A stretch of DNA of 64,000 bases, from sequence record OP292222.1. One strand, written 5' to 3'. The stretch is from Escherichia phage Esco_phi_B-01. Positions 51,966-62,154 of the stretch are shown one piece after another. The notes under the pieces were generated by a model that did not search any database, was not told the origin of the DNA, and saw only the letters and a program-made list of their open reading frames with translations. A program made the position numbers and the translations under genes. The first letter of the stretch is position 1. Each line of letters opens with the position of its first letter.

Positions 51966-52739
51966 TTAATCATCTAAAAAAGCATCATCAAATGCTGTAG
52001 GAGGAGCATCTTCTCCTCTACCGTTAATCACTACATAAGGGTGTACGAATTCCGCTGCTTCAGCATTAATCTCATTAACCTCTTCATATTGGATATCAGA
52101 GATATCAGCCAACCCATCAATATTCTTAACAGGCATTAAATCAAGCTCACTGAATTCAGGAATATTAATGCCTTCATTTCTCTGTAATTCAGGACGAAGT
52201 TCTTCACCATTATAAATGAACTTGGTAGCAGTAATGCGACGCTGGACGTTTGTACCGACTTGATAGAACGGGTCGTAAGGTTGAACCCAGTTAATTTCAA
52301 ATAGGCTGTTGTCCATTGGGAAATAAATCAAATCACCCGAAACAGGTTCAGTACCGTTGCATTGATGTTTAAAAAGGTTAGGGTTAATTGTGATTGTTAC
52401 TTCATCATTAACCATCATACCGAACTTACTGAAATAAGTATTGTCACCGGAATAACCTTCAAAGGAATCCAAATAACCCGCAAACTTCCAGGCTTTAGTA
52501 AATTTGTTCTGAAGGTCTTCGCCAAATAGCTGGTCAGGATTAACGTATTCGCGTGGTATATAATAAAGCTCGATACCACGCATTTGAATAGACTCAGCAA
52601 CTAAAGCATCAGCCAATGTTTGAGTGTTCTCATGGCGATAAAAGTTGACGAAAGGGTTCATTATTTCAGTTTCGTTCGTGTTAGCATAGCCGGTGTTATT
52701 TTCCAGCTTAGCAAATAAACTCGAATCGAAAGTAGCCAT
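51966..52739 (-). CDS. 14: gp14 neck protein
   Basis: 257 aa; size and position as T4 gp14. Confidence 0.8.
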   Translation of the reverse strand: MATFDSSLFAKLENNTGYANTNETEIMNPFVNFYRHENTQTLADALVAESIQMRGIELYYIPREYVNPDQLFGEDLQNKFTKAWKFAGYLDSFEGYSGDNTYFSKFGMMVNDEVTITINPNLFKHQCNGTEPVSGDLIYFPMDNSLFEINWVQPYDPFYQVGTNVQRRITATKFIYNGEELRPELQRNEGINIPEFSELDLMPVKNIDGLADISDIQYEEVNEINAEAAEFVHPYVVINGRGEDAPPTAFDDAFLDD

Positions 52740-52741
52740 AA

Positions 52742-53677
52742 TTATCCAATTAAAATAGGTGTTGGTGGGTCGAGCAAATCTAATTCTTCGCGAAGACGTT
52801 CTTTTTCTAAACGAGCTTCTTCAATCAATCGAATGCCGTCTACAGTGGTTCCGCCGGCTAATTGCATACCTTGGTGTTTGGCTAAAATATTACCATTGAC
52901 CTCTTTAACTAATGCCGTAGCGTAATCTTTGACCCAACGGTTATTATACGCGCCATCTTGTAGTCCAAGGTCCTCACCAGCTCTCATTCCAGAAATTCGA
53001 CGCGCAGGATTGTCCCAAATAGCCCCAGGACTCCATTCATTTTCGTCACAGCCACCAGAAGCATATCCATATCCTGCTGTATTCCCAACCATGGAATCAA
53101 CGCCATTAAATGAACGGGTATAAACTTCAATTACAATAAAGTCGCCTTTAACAAAGTTGCCCATTACCTTCAATTGTTCAGTGGCATCATTATACCAATA
53201 ATCAGGCAGCGGAACCAAAAGGTCCTGCATCATAGAACGATATTGCATTAATTGTGTAAAATAGCCAAGGTCGGCGCCGAAGGCATTAGGTCCAAAACTA
53301 TTACATGAAGACCCAAGACCACCATTAATACCTGCCAAACCTAGTACAAAATCTGTAAACCATGGATAAGTTGCTTGCCCGTCCATAGATGTTAAAGAGC
53401 CAACGTTAGTTCTCAAAATTTGTGTTACTGCAAATATATTACGTCCTTTAAGGTCGAATACGCCATTACGGAATTTTTCTTCATCGTCATGGCCAATATA
53501 AAAAGCCTGATAACCTTTGTTATACCCGTTATAATGGTATTCGCCGTAGAGCTCCAGGGCGCGCTGGATGCAATCGTATACTTGGTCAGTAGTTACTTCA
53601 ATATTTGTAATCGGTGCACCCAGGCGGCGCAGAATAGCGTCCTTGAGTTGCTTAGGGTTATATGATTCACTTGCCAT
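52742..53677 (-). CDS. 13: gp13 neck protein
   Basis: 311 aa; size and position as T4 gp13. Confidence 0.8.
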   Translation of the reverse strand: MASESYNPKQLKDAILRRLGAPITNIEVTTDQVYDCIQRALELYGEYHYNGYNKGYQAFYIGHDDEEKFRNGVFDLKGRNIFAVTQILRTNVGSLTSMDGQATYPWFTDFVLGLAGINGGLGSSCNSFGPNAFGADLGYFTQLMQYRSMMQDLLVPLPDYWYNDATEQLKVMGNFVKGDFIVIEVYTRSFNGVDSMVGNTAGYGYASGGCDENEWSPGAIWDNPARRISGMRAGEDLGLQDGAYNNRWVKDYATALVKEVNGNILAKHQGMQLAGGTTVDGIRLIEEARLEKERLREELDLLDPPTPILIG

Positions 53678-53698
53678 GTTTTATTCCTCTAATAACCG

Positions 53699-53706
53699 TA
53701 TTTATA
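53699..53706 (-). promoter_or_regulatory. late promoter for gene 13
   Basis: Minus-strand TATAAATA just downstream of the wac terminator. Confidence 0.6.
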
Positions 53707-53710
53707 GCAA

Positions 53711-53731
53711 AAAAAGGGCCGAAGCCCTTTT
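53711..53731 (-). terminator. terminator after wac
   Basis: AGGGC-CGAA-GCCCT hairpin flanked by AAAAA and TTTTATT, right after the wac stop. Confidence 0.75.
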
Positions 53732-53732
53732 A

Positions 53733-56216
53733 TTATGGTGCTGAGTTTAAAGTCACAAAATCAGACAATAATACCCATGCGTTATCAACCAGAACATACG
53801 GAAGTCCATCTGCGGCAGGAGCCACCGGTGGACGTTTAGATAATTCTGTTTCTAAGGCTGTAATTTTACCTTCGGCAGCGGTTAAACGGGTTCCTAAGTC
53901 AGCAACTTTATCAGATTCAACTTTAACATCATCCAAACCTGTTTCAAGAGTACCAACTTTACCTTCGACCGTGCCTAAACGGGTATTAATACCTGCTACC
54001 TTATCGGATTCGACTTTAACAGCAGCTAAACCTGTTTCAAGAGTACCAACTTCACCTTCAACAGCGGTTAAACCAGACTCAAGGGTAGTTATTTTACCTT
54101 CTGCCGTAGTTATTTTACCTTCAGCCGTACCTAAACGGGTATTGATTCCTGCCACTTTGTCAGATTCAACTTTAACTGCTGCTAAACCAGACTCAAGGGT
54201 AGTTATTTTGCCTTCAGCTGTACCTAATCGAGTATCAATTCCTTCTACTTTATCGGATTCAACTTTAACATCATCCAAACCTGTTTCAAGGGTAGTTACA
54301 CGAGTTGTTAAAGGAGCTATTTTAGCAGTATCAACTTTAACTGCAGCCAAATCAGACTGAAGGGTAGTTATTTTACCTTCAGCTGTGGTCACACGAGTTG
54401 TTAAAGGAGCTATTTTAGCGGTATCTAATTTAATATCAGTAATTTCGCCTTCATTAGCTGCTACTCGCCCGGTTAAAGTAACGATATCACCTTTATTCTT
54501 GGTTATATCGGCTTTAATAGGGGTTAATTGTGATTCTATAGAACTCACATCTAAAGCCAAAGCCGTAACATCAGAATCGGTTGTATCCGTCTTGGTTTCC
54601 AATGCGGTTATTTTGCCATTAATAGTTACGTCACTTTCTTCCAAAGCAGTAATACGATTATCTTGCTCGGTGTCTTTGGATTTTAGCAAAACGACATCTG
54701 CTTTAATTTCTCCTACCGAAGTGTTTAAAGCACCAGTTCTAGTATCAAGAGAAGAAATGGAGGCGTCATTAGTATCGACTCTGGAAGTTAAAGCGGTCAC
54801 TTTACCATTGGTAACAACCAAATCGGCTTTAACAGTTTCTATTTCTGTGGAATTATTAACAACTTCGGCCCATGCCGCATTTCGACGTGCATAGAGTTTA
54901 CCATCAGAAGGCGCGTCACCTAATTTACCTTGCATCTGGGTTTCTAAAGAAGTAACCGCATTAATAAGACCACGTTCTTCTACGGTAGCTCCGTTAGGGT
55001 TCGTTCCGTCAACCTTATTTGTGAGCTTAAGCAAAGTACCTTTTATACCGGATTGGTTGTTACCAATTTCTACCTGAATATCCTGGATGGACGAGGTAGA
55101 TTGGTTTGCTTGAATAATAACATCATTCAAACGCTTATTAATTGTGCCAGCAGCAGGAGACACTTCACTACCAAGGCGTCGATTAATATCGGAAACCTGG
55201 AAACGAAGCCCTTCACTAGAACTATTACCAACAACGGTTTTTAAATCATTTACATCAGTACGAAGCCCACTTAAACGTCCATTAATAGATGCTGGTGCAG
55301 ACTCAGAACCGATTTGAGTTTCTATAGAAGTTACTCTAGGTTTTAAATCATCATTAACCGAATTTTCTAAGGTAAAGGTTTTGCTTTCTAAAGTAGTTAC
55401 TCGGTCCTTTATAGGCATACCAGAGAAATCAATATTATCCTTAATTTCGTCAATAGCTGTATTAAAATTAACTGCAGCCGTTTCTAATACTGAAATTCGG
55501 GTATATGCAGGTTGTTTACCTACCGTATCAGAATGTGGTCCTAATTCGGCGCGAATTTCATTTAATTTAATACCCAATTGTCCAACATCAGAATCTTCAT
55601 AGTTTCTTTCAAGGGTATCAATACGAAGACGATGGTCCACCAATTCAGTGGTATTATCCATGATGCGGCGTTTTATACCAGTGGCTTCGCTAGTTTCACC
55701 CGGAGGTAAAGGATTGCCGTTTATATCCTGGTCCTCATAGTGACCAATTTCATTTTTAAGAAGAACAATATTTTCACGTACAGTTAAATATGGGCCGTCT
55801 TGTAAAGGGTCATGATATCCAACATCTTCACGCAAGAAATCAAAATTGGTTGTTAAGGTGTCCAATTTTTCTGTTGTATCTTCGGTGACTTTTTTAAGGT
55901 CTACAATATCAACACGGTTTTTCTCTATTTGTTGAATGATGGAAATATCTGTTGACATTTCTAAAGCGTCATTGATATTATTAACGTTTTCTATAAGCTC
56001 ATTAACTTTATCAGCAGTTTTTAAATCGTTGGCATCAAGAGCTTCTACGTTTTTCTGAACTCCTAAAGCAGCAGCGTTCAAATTACCTTCATTGCCGTAT
56101 TTTGTTTTTGCTGCAGACATACAATCACCCTCGCGTATCCATTGGATACGCTTTTGAGGAGCATCAGGTACGCCGTCAACAAATGGTAACTCACTAAGTT
56201 CCAATTTGTTAATCAT
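53733..56216 (-). CDS. wac: fibritin (whisker antigen control), repeat-expanded
   Basis: 827 aa; heptad coiled-coil repeats; C-terminal foldon-like sequence DGLPYVLVDNAWVLLSDFV as in T4 fibritin. Confidence 0.85.
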   Translation of the reverse strand: MINKLELSELPFVDGVPDAPQKRIQWIREGDCMSAAKTKYGNEGNLNAAALGVQKNVEALDANDLKTADKVNELIENVNNINDALEMSTDISIIQQIEKNRVDIVDLKKVTEDTTEKLDTLTTNFDFLREDVGYHDPLQDGPYLTVRENIVLLKNEIGHYEDQDINGNPLPPGETSEATGIKRRIMDNTTELVDHRLRIDTLERNYEDSDVGQLGIKLNEIRAELGPHSDTVGKQPAYTRISVLETAAVNFNTAIDEIKDNIDFSGMPIKDRVTTLESKTFTLENSVNDDLKPRVTSIETQIGSESAPASINGRLSGLRTDVNDLKTVVGNSSSEGLRFQVSDINRRLGSEVSPAAGTINKRLNDVIIQANQSTSSIQDIQVEIGNNQSGIKGTLLKLTNKVDGTNPNGATVEERGLINAVTSLETQMQGKLGDAPSDGKLYARRNAAWAEVVNNSTEIETVKADLVVTNGKVTALTSRVDTNDASISSLDTRTGALNTSVGEIKADVVLLKSKDTEQDNRITALEESDVTINGKITALETKTDTTDSDVTALALDVSSIESQLTPIKADITKNKGDIVTLTGRVAANEGEITDIKLDTAKIAPLTTRVTTAEGKITTLQSDLAAVKVDTAKIAPLTTRVTTLETGLDDVKVESDKVEGIDTRLGTAEGKITTLESGLAAVKVESDKVAGINTRLGTAEGKITTAEGKITTLESGLTAVEGEVGTLETGLAAVKVESDKVAGINTRLGTVEGKVGTLETGLDDVKVESDKVADLGTRLTAAEGKITALETELSKRPPVAPAADGLPYVLVDNAWVLLSDFVTLNSAP
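53830..54500 (-). repeat. intragenic tandem repeats in wac (coiled-coil expansion)
   Basis: Imperfect tandem repeats visible in DNA and protein (repeated KVESDKVAGINTRLGTAEGKITTLE-like units); boundaries approximate. Confidence 0.6.
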
Positions 56217-56225
56217 TTTTTACCC

Positions 56226-57752
56226 TTATTCTACTTTAATAATAAAAAGAACGGACATTGTCCAAGGACGTGTTTCATTTGCAATAAGTCCTTCACTATT
56301 CAGTGTGGTATGGCCGTCACGGTTCCAAGGTTCAGTGGTCTCAAAACCTTCGTTAGTATAATAACTACGGTTATCCCAGTCAAGTCCTTTACGAGTACCG
56401 ACATATCCAGAGTTAGCAGTGTTACCAAAAGCGCCATAGTTATCATGTTCACCAAAACCACCAGCATGTTTATGATAACGTAATGCTTGGGCTTGAACAG
56501 AAGATTGCGGGAACGAACCTACACCGTTACCTAAACGGGCTTTACCTTTACCGTCTTCTCCTCGGTTACCTGCAATATGTGGGTTAACTTCACCTTCAGA
56601 ATATCCACCAACCATGTTAGCACCACGAGGATATAATCCACGGAAATCTGGAATAGCACCCCACCATCCCCAACGTCCACCGACAGCATTTAAATATGCA
56701 CCACCGGTATAAGTTCCACCTACACAAGCTCGCCATTTGCCTGGGATATTACCTTCATGTCCACCCCACATACAAATAGTACCTACAGGAACGCTATCTG
56801 ATAATTGGTCATGGGTAACAACATCAACACCATTACGACGTAATGCGCCATTAACGTTTAAAGTACCCCATATTTCACCGCCCGAAGTAGAAATAACGTT
56901 AGCATTATAAGCCAGGGCCGTATTACCATCGCCTTGACCTACTGTAGTAGTTAAACGCACTAAGCCAATTCGTCCTGTATTACCTGTACGAGCTAGCAAA
57001 GATGCCGGAGTAACAGCGGCAGTATGGTCAGTACCATTAGATACCATATCCCAACCTGCGAGTTTAATAATACCGCTTCGTTCTTCGGTGGAAGTTAATG
57101 TGGCCAATCCCGCTGGAGAAATAGCAATACCTATAGAAAGATTTCCATTACCAACTTCAGCATTAGTCGCTAAACGAACTAAACCTTCATTTGTAGTCGT
57201 TGCCGTAGAATAAACCGGTAACGCCGCTGTCGCTGCACCAATTGCTTGCGATACTTTAAGTGGGGTCATCGCCGTGGTATCGTCGGTACCAGCTAATGCA
57301 GCAGGTGTAGTTGAAATCTTGATAACGCCTGTAGTGTTCTCTGTTGATAAACGGTTCTCAAATGTATAATCCATTACCGCTTTCAAAGAGGTTGCTACGA
57401 TTGCAGCCTGGGGCTCTGTGCCTGCTATAGCTTCAGCGTTAGTAGCATAACGGGTAATACCTACATAAGTTTCTGTTGCCTGAGTAGGAATATCTAAACG
57501 TGCTTTTAAAGTTGCAGGGGTCACTGCACTATAGGCATCCAACCCATCCATTACTTCTTGTGTTGTGGCAAGACGAATAATACCTTGGGATGTTTCTGTG
57601 GCTGAAGGAACATTACCTGTGACACCGATTAATGAAATAGCCGCCAATGCTTCTTGAACATTAGTAATATCAGGTGGGAAATTCGACCCAGTAGGGTCGA
57701 ATGATTTGAATTCCGATTTATCACTAATGTGTTTTAGTGTGTTTGTTGACAT
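56226..57752 (-). CDS. 12: gp12 short tail fiber
   Basis: 508 aa; position between wac and gp11 as in T4. Confidence 0.8.
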   Translation of the reverse strand: MSTNTLKHISDKSEFKSFDPTGSNFPPDITNVQEALAAISLIGVTGNVPSATETSQGIIRLATTQEVMDGLDAYSAVTPATLKARLDIPTQATETYVGITRYATNAEAIAGTEPQAAIVATSLKAVMDYTFENRLSTENTTGVIKISTTPAALAGTDDTTAMTPLKVSQAIGAATAALPVYSTATTTNEGLVRLATNAEVGNGNLSIGIAISPAGLATLTSTEERSGIIKLAGWDMVSNGTDHTAAVTPASLLARTGNTGRIGLVRLTTTVGQGDGNTALAYNANVISTSGGEIWGTLNVNGALRRNGVDVVTHDQLSDSVPVGTICMWGGHEGNIPGKWRACVGGTYTGGAYLNAVGGRWGWWGAIPDFRGLYPRGANMVGGYSEGEVNPHIAGNRGEDGKGKARLGNGVGSFPQSSVQAQALRYHKHAGGFGEHDNYGAFGNTANSGYVGTRKGLDWDNRSYYTNEGFETTEPWNRDGHTTLNSEGLIANETRPWTMSVLFIIKVE

Positions 57753-58417
57753 TAATATAATCTCTTATAGTAATATAAAGGAATCGTGCCGTTAACTGTA
57801 CCACCTGCTAACGATTGGGTAGAGTTACCTAAGTATTCCCACTTACCATATCCGGCCCTTGGCTGCTGGACTATAGTATGGGAAATTGTACAACCCGATT
57901 GTTTATATGGTGAAAAAATATGATTCTGATAGTCATTGTATTTAATATTCAAGGTAGATTGGTCTAAGGCGTCAATAGACGTTTCGGCTAAAATATAGCT
58001 ATTAGCAATGGCGTCTAAAAATACATCATTTACTTTAGATGCAACCAATACAGATGAATCACCAACTAAGACCTCTACAGGAAGTCCAAACACTTTAATA
58101 ATAACCGGGTCGCCAAGTTCGCCGCCTGAAGAAATAGAACCGGTAAATGTAATTTTATCAGATTGTTGGATAAATCCGGGTGCTCTGTTTTCTGTGGTAA
58201 TAATAACAGAGTTCACAGGAAGCTCTGTTCTAAATGCAATATCATCTATTGCACTTTGGACTGTAGGAAAATAAACGCCCTTCTGGGTTTGGTTTGCAGA
58301 AGGGCCACCGATAGGTCGTTGGTCAGCAACAGCAGTAGGCTTGTCACTGGTGTAAGATAATTCCAAATAGTCAGCTAAGCGGGATTTTAACCCGCTTTTC
58401 ATTTCAGTTAAAGTCAT
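57752..58417 (-). CDS. 11: gp11 baseplate wedge subunit / tail pin
   Basis: 221 aa; size and position as T4 gp11. Confidence 0.8.
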   Translation of the reverse strand: MTLTEMKSGLKSRLADYLELSYTSDKPTAVADQRPIGGPSANQTQKGVYFPTVQSAIDDIAFRTELPVNSVIITTENRAPGFIQQSDKITFTGSISSGGELGDPVIIKVFGLPVEVLVGDSSVLVASKVNDVFLDAIANSYILAETSIDALDQSTLNIKYNDYQNHIFSPYKQSGCTISHTIVQQPRAGYGKWEYLGNSTQSLAGGTVNGTIPLYYYKRLY

Positions 58418-60228
58418 TATGCAATCCTCATCCAGCGATGAACAGTTAAGTATGGTGGTAGAGTATTAACCGGGATAGGAGTGGTCCCTTGAGCCTTATT
58501 AATACTGGCTTTATCTTCACGATATTTTGTATAAGCCGGTCCTTGTGAATCAGGGTCAACTAAACATCCACCTACAAAAATAGGGCCATCATTATCAGCA
58601 ATAAGGACTTTATCATCTGTATTAAGTTCTGGGATATTCTCATATTTCAAATTAGCCACATGAGCACCACCAGTCCCGCCTGCAGTTGATTGTGGAACAC
58701 CCGCTGAATCCAGGTCGTTATTATTTGCATTAAACAAAGAACTAGCGTCAGGAGACCAACCTACCAAGAACACATCAGATAAACGCTTCCATGAACCAAA
58801 GCCCATATAAGTTTTAGGGTTATTAGGGTTCACCGTGTTCTCATAGATGGTTCCTACAGGGTAAATTAAATCAAAAAATGTCGATGCCGTATCTATTGTA
58901 ATATTAGATGGGGCGACAGGTTCAACGTTAGGTGCAAAAGGATTATCTACATCAGTGATACGAACCTGGCCTGATATATCAATAGAAGGGCCTTTAGAAA
59001 TATAGATGTTATTGGTATAATCCAAAATCTCATCAATTTCCATGGTAGTGCCGATATCGTTATTGTACCAAATTACCGTAAGAATATCGCCATGTTCAAA
59101 GTCACGTCCAAATTCGATGGATTCAATCTTATCTTCAGGGGTCAAATTAAAAATATAGTCTGATTTAGATTGAGTCCATTGCCCACCTGCATTAAAACAC
59201 TCGGTAGCAGTACGTCCGTCGGCACCTTCACAATAAAACGAAGGAAGGCCAGCAGTACCAGCTTGATGAAGTAATGTGCTATTAAGCATGACTTGGCAAG
59301 CATTTGGGTTGATAGGACTGTTAACGGAAATATTCAAATCAGCTGCTGATATAACATGTGAAGTACTCAAATCGCCCACGAAAGAAGAACCAGGAACAGA
59401 AACGTCTTTAGTCAATTCTGAACTTTTGATTGTTATATCACGGCGGTTATAAGAACTGCGCCATTGGGCAAGTCCGTCATTATACGATTTGATAATAACA
59501 GTATCACCTGCTTCGCATGGATATTTTAAACGGATGTCCTTACCATTCAAGGCAACCAATTCACCTGGTTGAGCACCCGGAGAACCAAACTCTGCGGTAG
59601 CTGCATCAAAAATATCATCAACACCATAGAACAAATTGTTACCACGTTGTGAAACGCTTAAACTTGCTACGTTGTAAGAAAGGCCAGGGAAAACATCTAG
59701 AAAATCTGTTTGACCTTCAGTGGCAATAAACTGCTTAGTTGCTACAGTAGCAAGGTCGTTATTTGGGATACGGTTTACTTGCTTATTTTCAACATATTCC
59801 CAACGACCAGGTGCACAATAAACTAATTCAAGGTCAGAGAAGTTGCGAGCAATTTCAACTGGAGTAGCTGAACCTTTAATGGTATCACCTGTGGCAGGGA
59901 TTAAGGTTACCGGGTTAGCTTGCCATGAAGAATACACGTCACGTACACGGATGACAAAGTTATATTCTTCAGGAGAGCCTTTAGGAAGCTGGACGTTAAT
60001 ACGCCCACCCTGGGTATTAAGGGTGTAGCTATGACCCATTACGGCATTCAACAAAGCACCGTCTTCAGTAGAATGTTGTTTCCAAGCGCCTGCGGCATGT
60101 GGGTTATTGCCGTCGCCTAATTGGTAATAAAGCTCATTGAAGTTGTTATTAATTTTAAGACCACCTGCGCGCAGGTAATCACCGGACCCGTCATCAACAG
60201 CGGAACCTACTTTTAAGTCTTGTTTCAT
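58417..60228 (-). CDS. 10: gp10 baseplate wedge subunit / tail pin
   Basis: 603 aa; size and position as T4 gp10. Confidence 0.8.
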   Translation of the reverse strand: MKQDLKVGSAVDDGSGDYLRAGGLKINNNFNELYYQLGDGNNPHAAGAWKQHSTEDGALLNAVMGHSYTLNTQGGRINVQLPKGSPEEYNFVIRVRDVYSSWQANPVTLIPATGDTIKGSATPVEIARNFSDLELVYCAPGRWEYVENKQVNRIPNNDLATVATKQFIATEGQTDFLDVFPGLSYNVASLSVSQRGNNLFYGVDDIFDAATAEFGSPGAQPGELVALNGKDIRLKYPCEAGDTVIIKSYNDGLAQWRSSYNRRDITIKSSELTKDVSVPGSSFVGDLSTSHVISAADLNISVNSPINPNACQVMLNSTLLHQAGTAGLPSFYCEGADGRTATECFNAGGQWTQSKSDYIFNLTPEDKIESIEFGRDFEHGDILTVIWYNNDIGTTMEIDEILDYTNNIYISKGPSIDISGQVRITDVDNPFAPNVEPVAPSNITIDTASTFFDLIYPVGTIYENTVNPNNPKTYMGFGSWKRLSDVFLVGWSPDASSLFNANNNDLDSAGVPQSTAGGTGGAHVANLKYENIPELNTDDKVLIADNDGPIFVGGCLVDPDSQGPAYTKYREDKASINKAQGTTPIPVNTLPPYLTVHRWMRIA

Positions 60229-61088
60229 TATACTGGAACTCCAATAGTTTGGGTTTCTACGACCTTAATTGCAAGCCTCATAGGATTGACAGAAGAAGCG
60301 GTCGCGATAATATAGTTTGATGTATCGAATTTAAAATCTAGAGAATAAATTTCGTCATCATCTGAAGTTTGTCCACGTTTAATAACTGCATATTCAGTGG
60401 AATAAATCTTTTTAGCTTGGTTGTCGATAAACACAAGATATTCTGAAGCTTTGTAAATGGTTTCGTTGGCATTCACTGCAGTAACTAAAAGTTTGACCAA
60501 TGAATACTGACCTGAATAAACCAGCGGGATATCACGAGCGACAGAAGATATATTATATGTCTTATTTAATGGAACTCGTTTATCACCAAACATGCTTTCA
60601 ATTGAATAATCCCATACCGCAACACCGTTTGTATCTGATACACACCATAAAAGAACTCGGGTATAAGGTGTTACAATACGTAGGGTTGAAGTAGGATGAC
60701 TTGCAAAAGTATCTAATATACGGATTTCAAGATAGTTGGTAGACGAAATACTTCCGTTAGAGTTGATAATCTCAATTCCTTCACCAACTGCACCCTTTAC
60801 AGTGGTTAATACGATAGAACCGCTAGAAGCATCGATATCCACCAAAGAGCCTAAATCAACCGAGCTTGCTTGGTCCATATCACCAAATTTTTGATAATAC
60901 CCTGTAGCGTGTAATTTCTGGCCGGTCAATTCGCCGGTTAAAGCGGTTTTACGTTGGTCGCCGAAAGTATTATAGATGTTGTTTAAGTCAGTGTTCAGTT
61001 TAACACCGCCGTCATAAAGAATGTCGCCGGTGCTGGCATTACCAATTTCACCGACGTCAATTAGTTCTTTACCAGTTTGCTTAATCAT
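60228..61088 (-). CDS. 9: gp9 baseplate wedge, long-tail-fiber socket
   Basis: 286 aa; size and position as T4 gp9. Confidence 0.8.
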   Translation of the reverse strand: MIKQTGKELIDVGEIGNASTGDILYDGGVKLNTDLNNIYNTFGDQRKTALTGELTGQKLHATGYYQKFGDMDQASSVDLGSLVDIDASSGSIVLTTVKGAVGEGIEIINSNGSISSTNYLEIRILDTFASHPTSTLRIVTPYTRVLLWCVSDTNGVAVWDYSIESMFGDKRVPLNKTYNISSVARDIPLVYSGQYSLVKLLVTAVNANETIYKASEYLVFIDNQAKKIYSTEYAVIKRGQTSDDDEIYSLDFKFDTSNYIIATASSVNPMRLAIKVVETQTIGVPV

Positions 61089-61131
61089 AGGTATGCCTCA
61101 TTATTGATATACTGTATTTATTAAACCCGAA

Positions 61132-61147
61132 AGGGCCTTGCGGCCCT
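61132..61147 (-). terminator. hairpin between gp8 and gp9
   Basis: AGGGCC-TTGC-GGCCCT hairpin just downstream of the gp8 stop. Confidence 0.5.
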
Positions 61148-61149
61148 TA

Positions 61150-62154
61150 TTAGAATTCGAAGACAATGTTAATTTCTTCTGTTTGGTCCATGGAACGAAT
61201 AACCGGAGGACGGTTTTCCATATAAATCATTTCACCGGAGTGGCGGGAGAGGTCTATAACATCATAGTACTCTTTTTCGGCTTTAATGATCGGATCGGAT
61301 GGGTAGGCTTTAGCTTCTAACGGGTTAGAAATTATCGAAAGCTGTCTAAAACCTTTGTTTCCCGGCAAACTAAATTCAGGGAAATAAACCGAATCTAAGA
61401 ATGCTTTAAAGCGAATAGTATTGGCTTTAATACGGTAAATTAATCCATAATCGTCTTGTTGCCAAGTGAGGTTATTCTCGTATCCCCAACGTTCAGGGTC
61501 CTCAGCAATTTCTTCTGGCCATGGAACTACAATATATTCATTAGTGCATCGGTTAATACTTACATCAGGTGGAATCTCATACAAATATTCCCAGAGATAT
61601 CCATCACCAGTATCCACCATACCTTCCGTATCACCCTGTCCTGCCGGGGCTTTAACTGATTGCACATTTGAAGTCCATTTGCCACCAAGTTTAATACACT
61701 CAGTTTTATTATCAAGGGACAAGATAGAACATGTACCTGATTCAGGAATATCTACACAACGATAAACCATCCACCCGGCACCTACATCAGTACGGTTTTG
61801 TGGCTGGCTATTCGCTACTACAATTTCACCGATCTGGAAAGTAAATGGGTTAGGATAAGTTGTGTCACCCCAGTCTTTGCGTGGGACAACACAATCCAGC
61901 ATACTCTTATAAACCTTAACACAACCCATCATGTTGGTCCAGACGTCTTCTACGCCTTCAGAATCATCTACAGGATAGGGTGGTGCAAAACCAGGGTCAT
62001 TTTCGTTATCGGCCCACGGTCGGGCCCTTCCGAAAGATACATACATAGTGTTCTGGTCTTCGCCATCACCTATTGTTCTGTAAAAGTTGTACATTTTTTC
62101 CGTTCTAAATTTTGAAGTAACAATAGAACGATAAACTACTGTAGAATTAATCAT
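61150..62154 (-). CDS. 8: gp8 baseplate wedge subunit
   Basis: 334 aa, same length as T4 gp8. Confidence 0.8.
   Translation of the reverse strand: MINSTVVYRSIVTSKFRTEKMYNFYRTIGDGEDQNTMYVSFGRARPWADNENDPGFAPPYPVDDSEGVEDVWTNMMGCVKVYKSMLDCVVPRKDWGDTTYPNPFTFQIGEIVVANSQPQNRTDVGAGWMVYRCVDIPESGTCSILSLDNKTECIKLGGKWTSNVQSVKAPAGQGDTEGMVDTGDGYLWEYLYEIPPDVSINRCTNEYIVVPWPEEIAEDPERWGYENNLTWQQDDYGLIYRIKANTIRFKAFLDSVYFPEFSLPGNKGFRQLSIISNPLEAKAYPSDPIIKAEKEYYDVIDLSRHSGEMIYMENRPPVIRSMDQTEEINIVFEF

Noticed and set aside
53662-54894. Plus-strand ORFs of 232 and 169 aa with repetitive Ser/Thr/Leu-rich products
   Set aside because: Antisense to wac; the long open frames come from the tandem repeats in fibritin.
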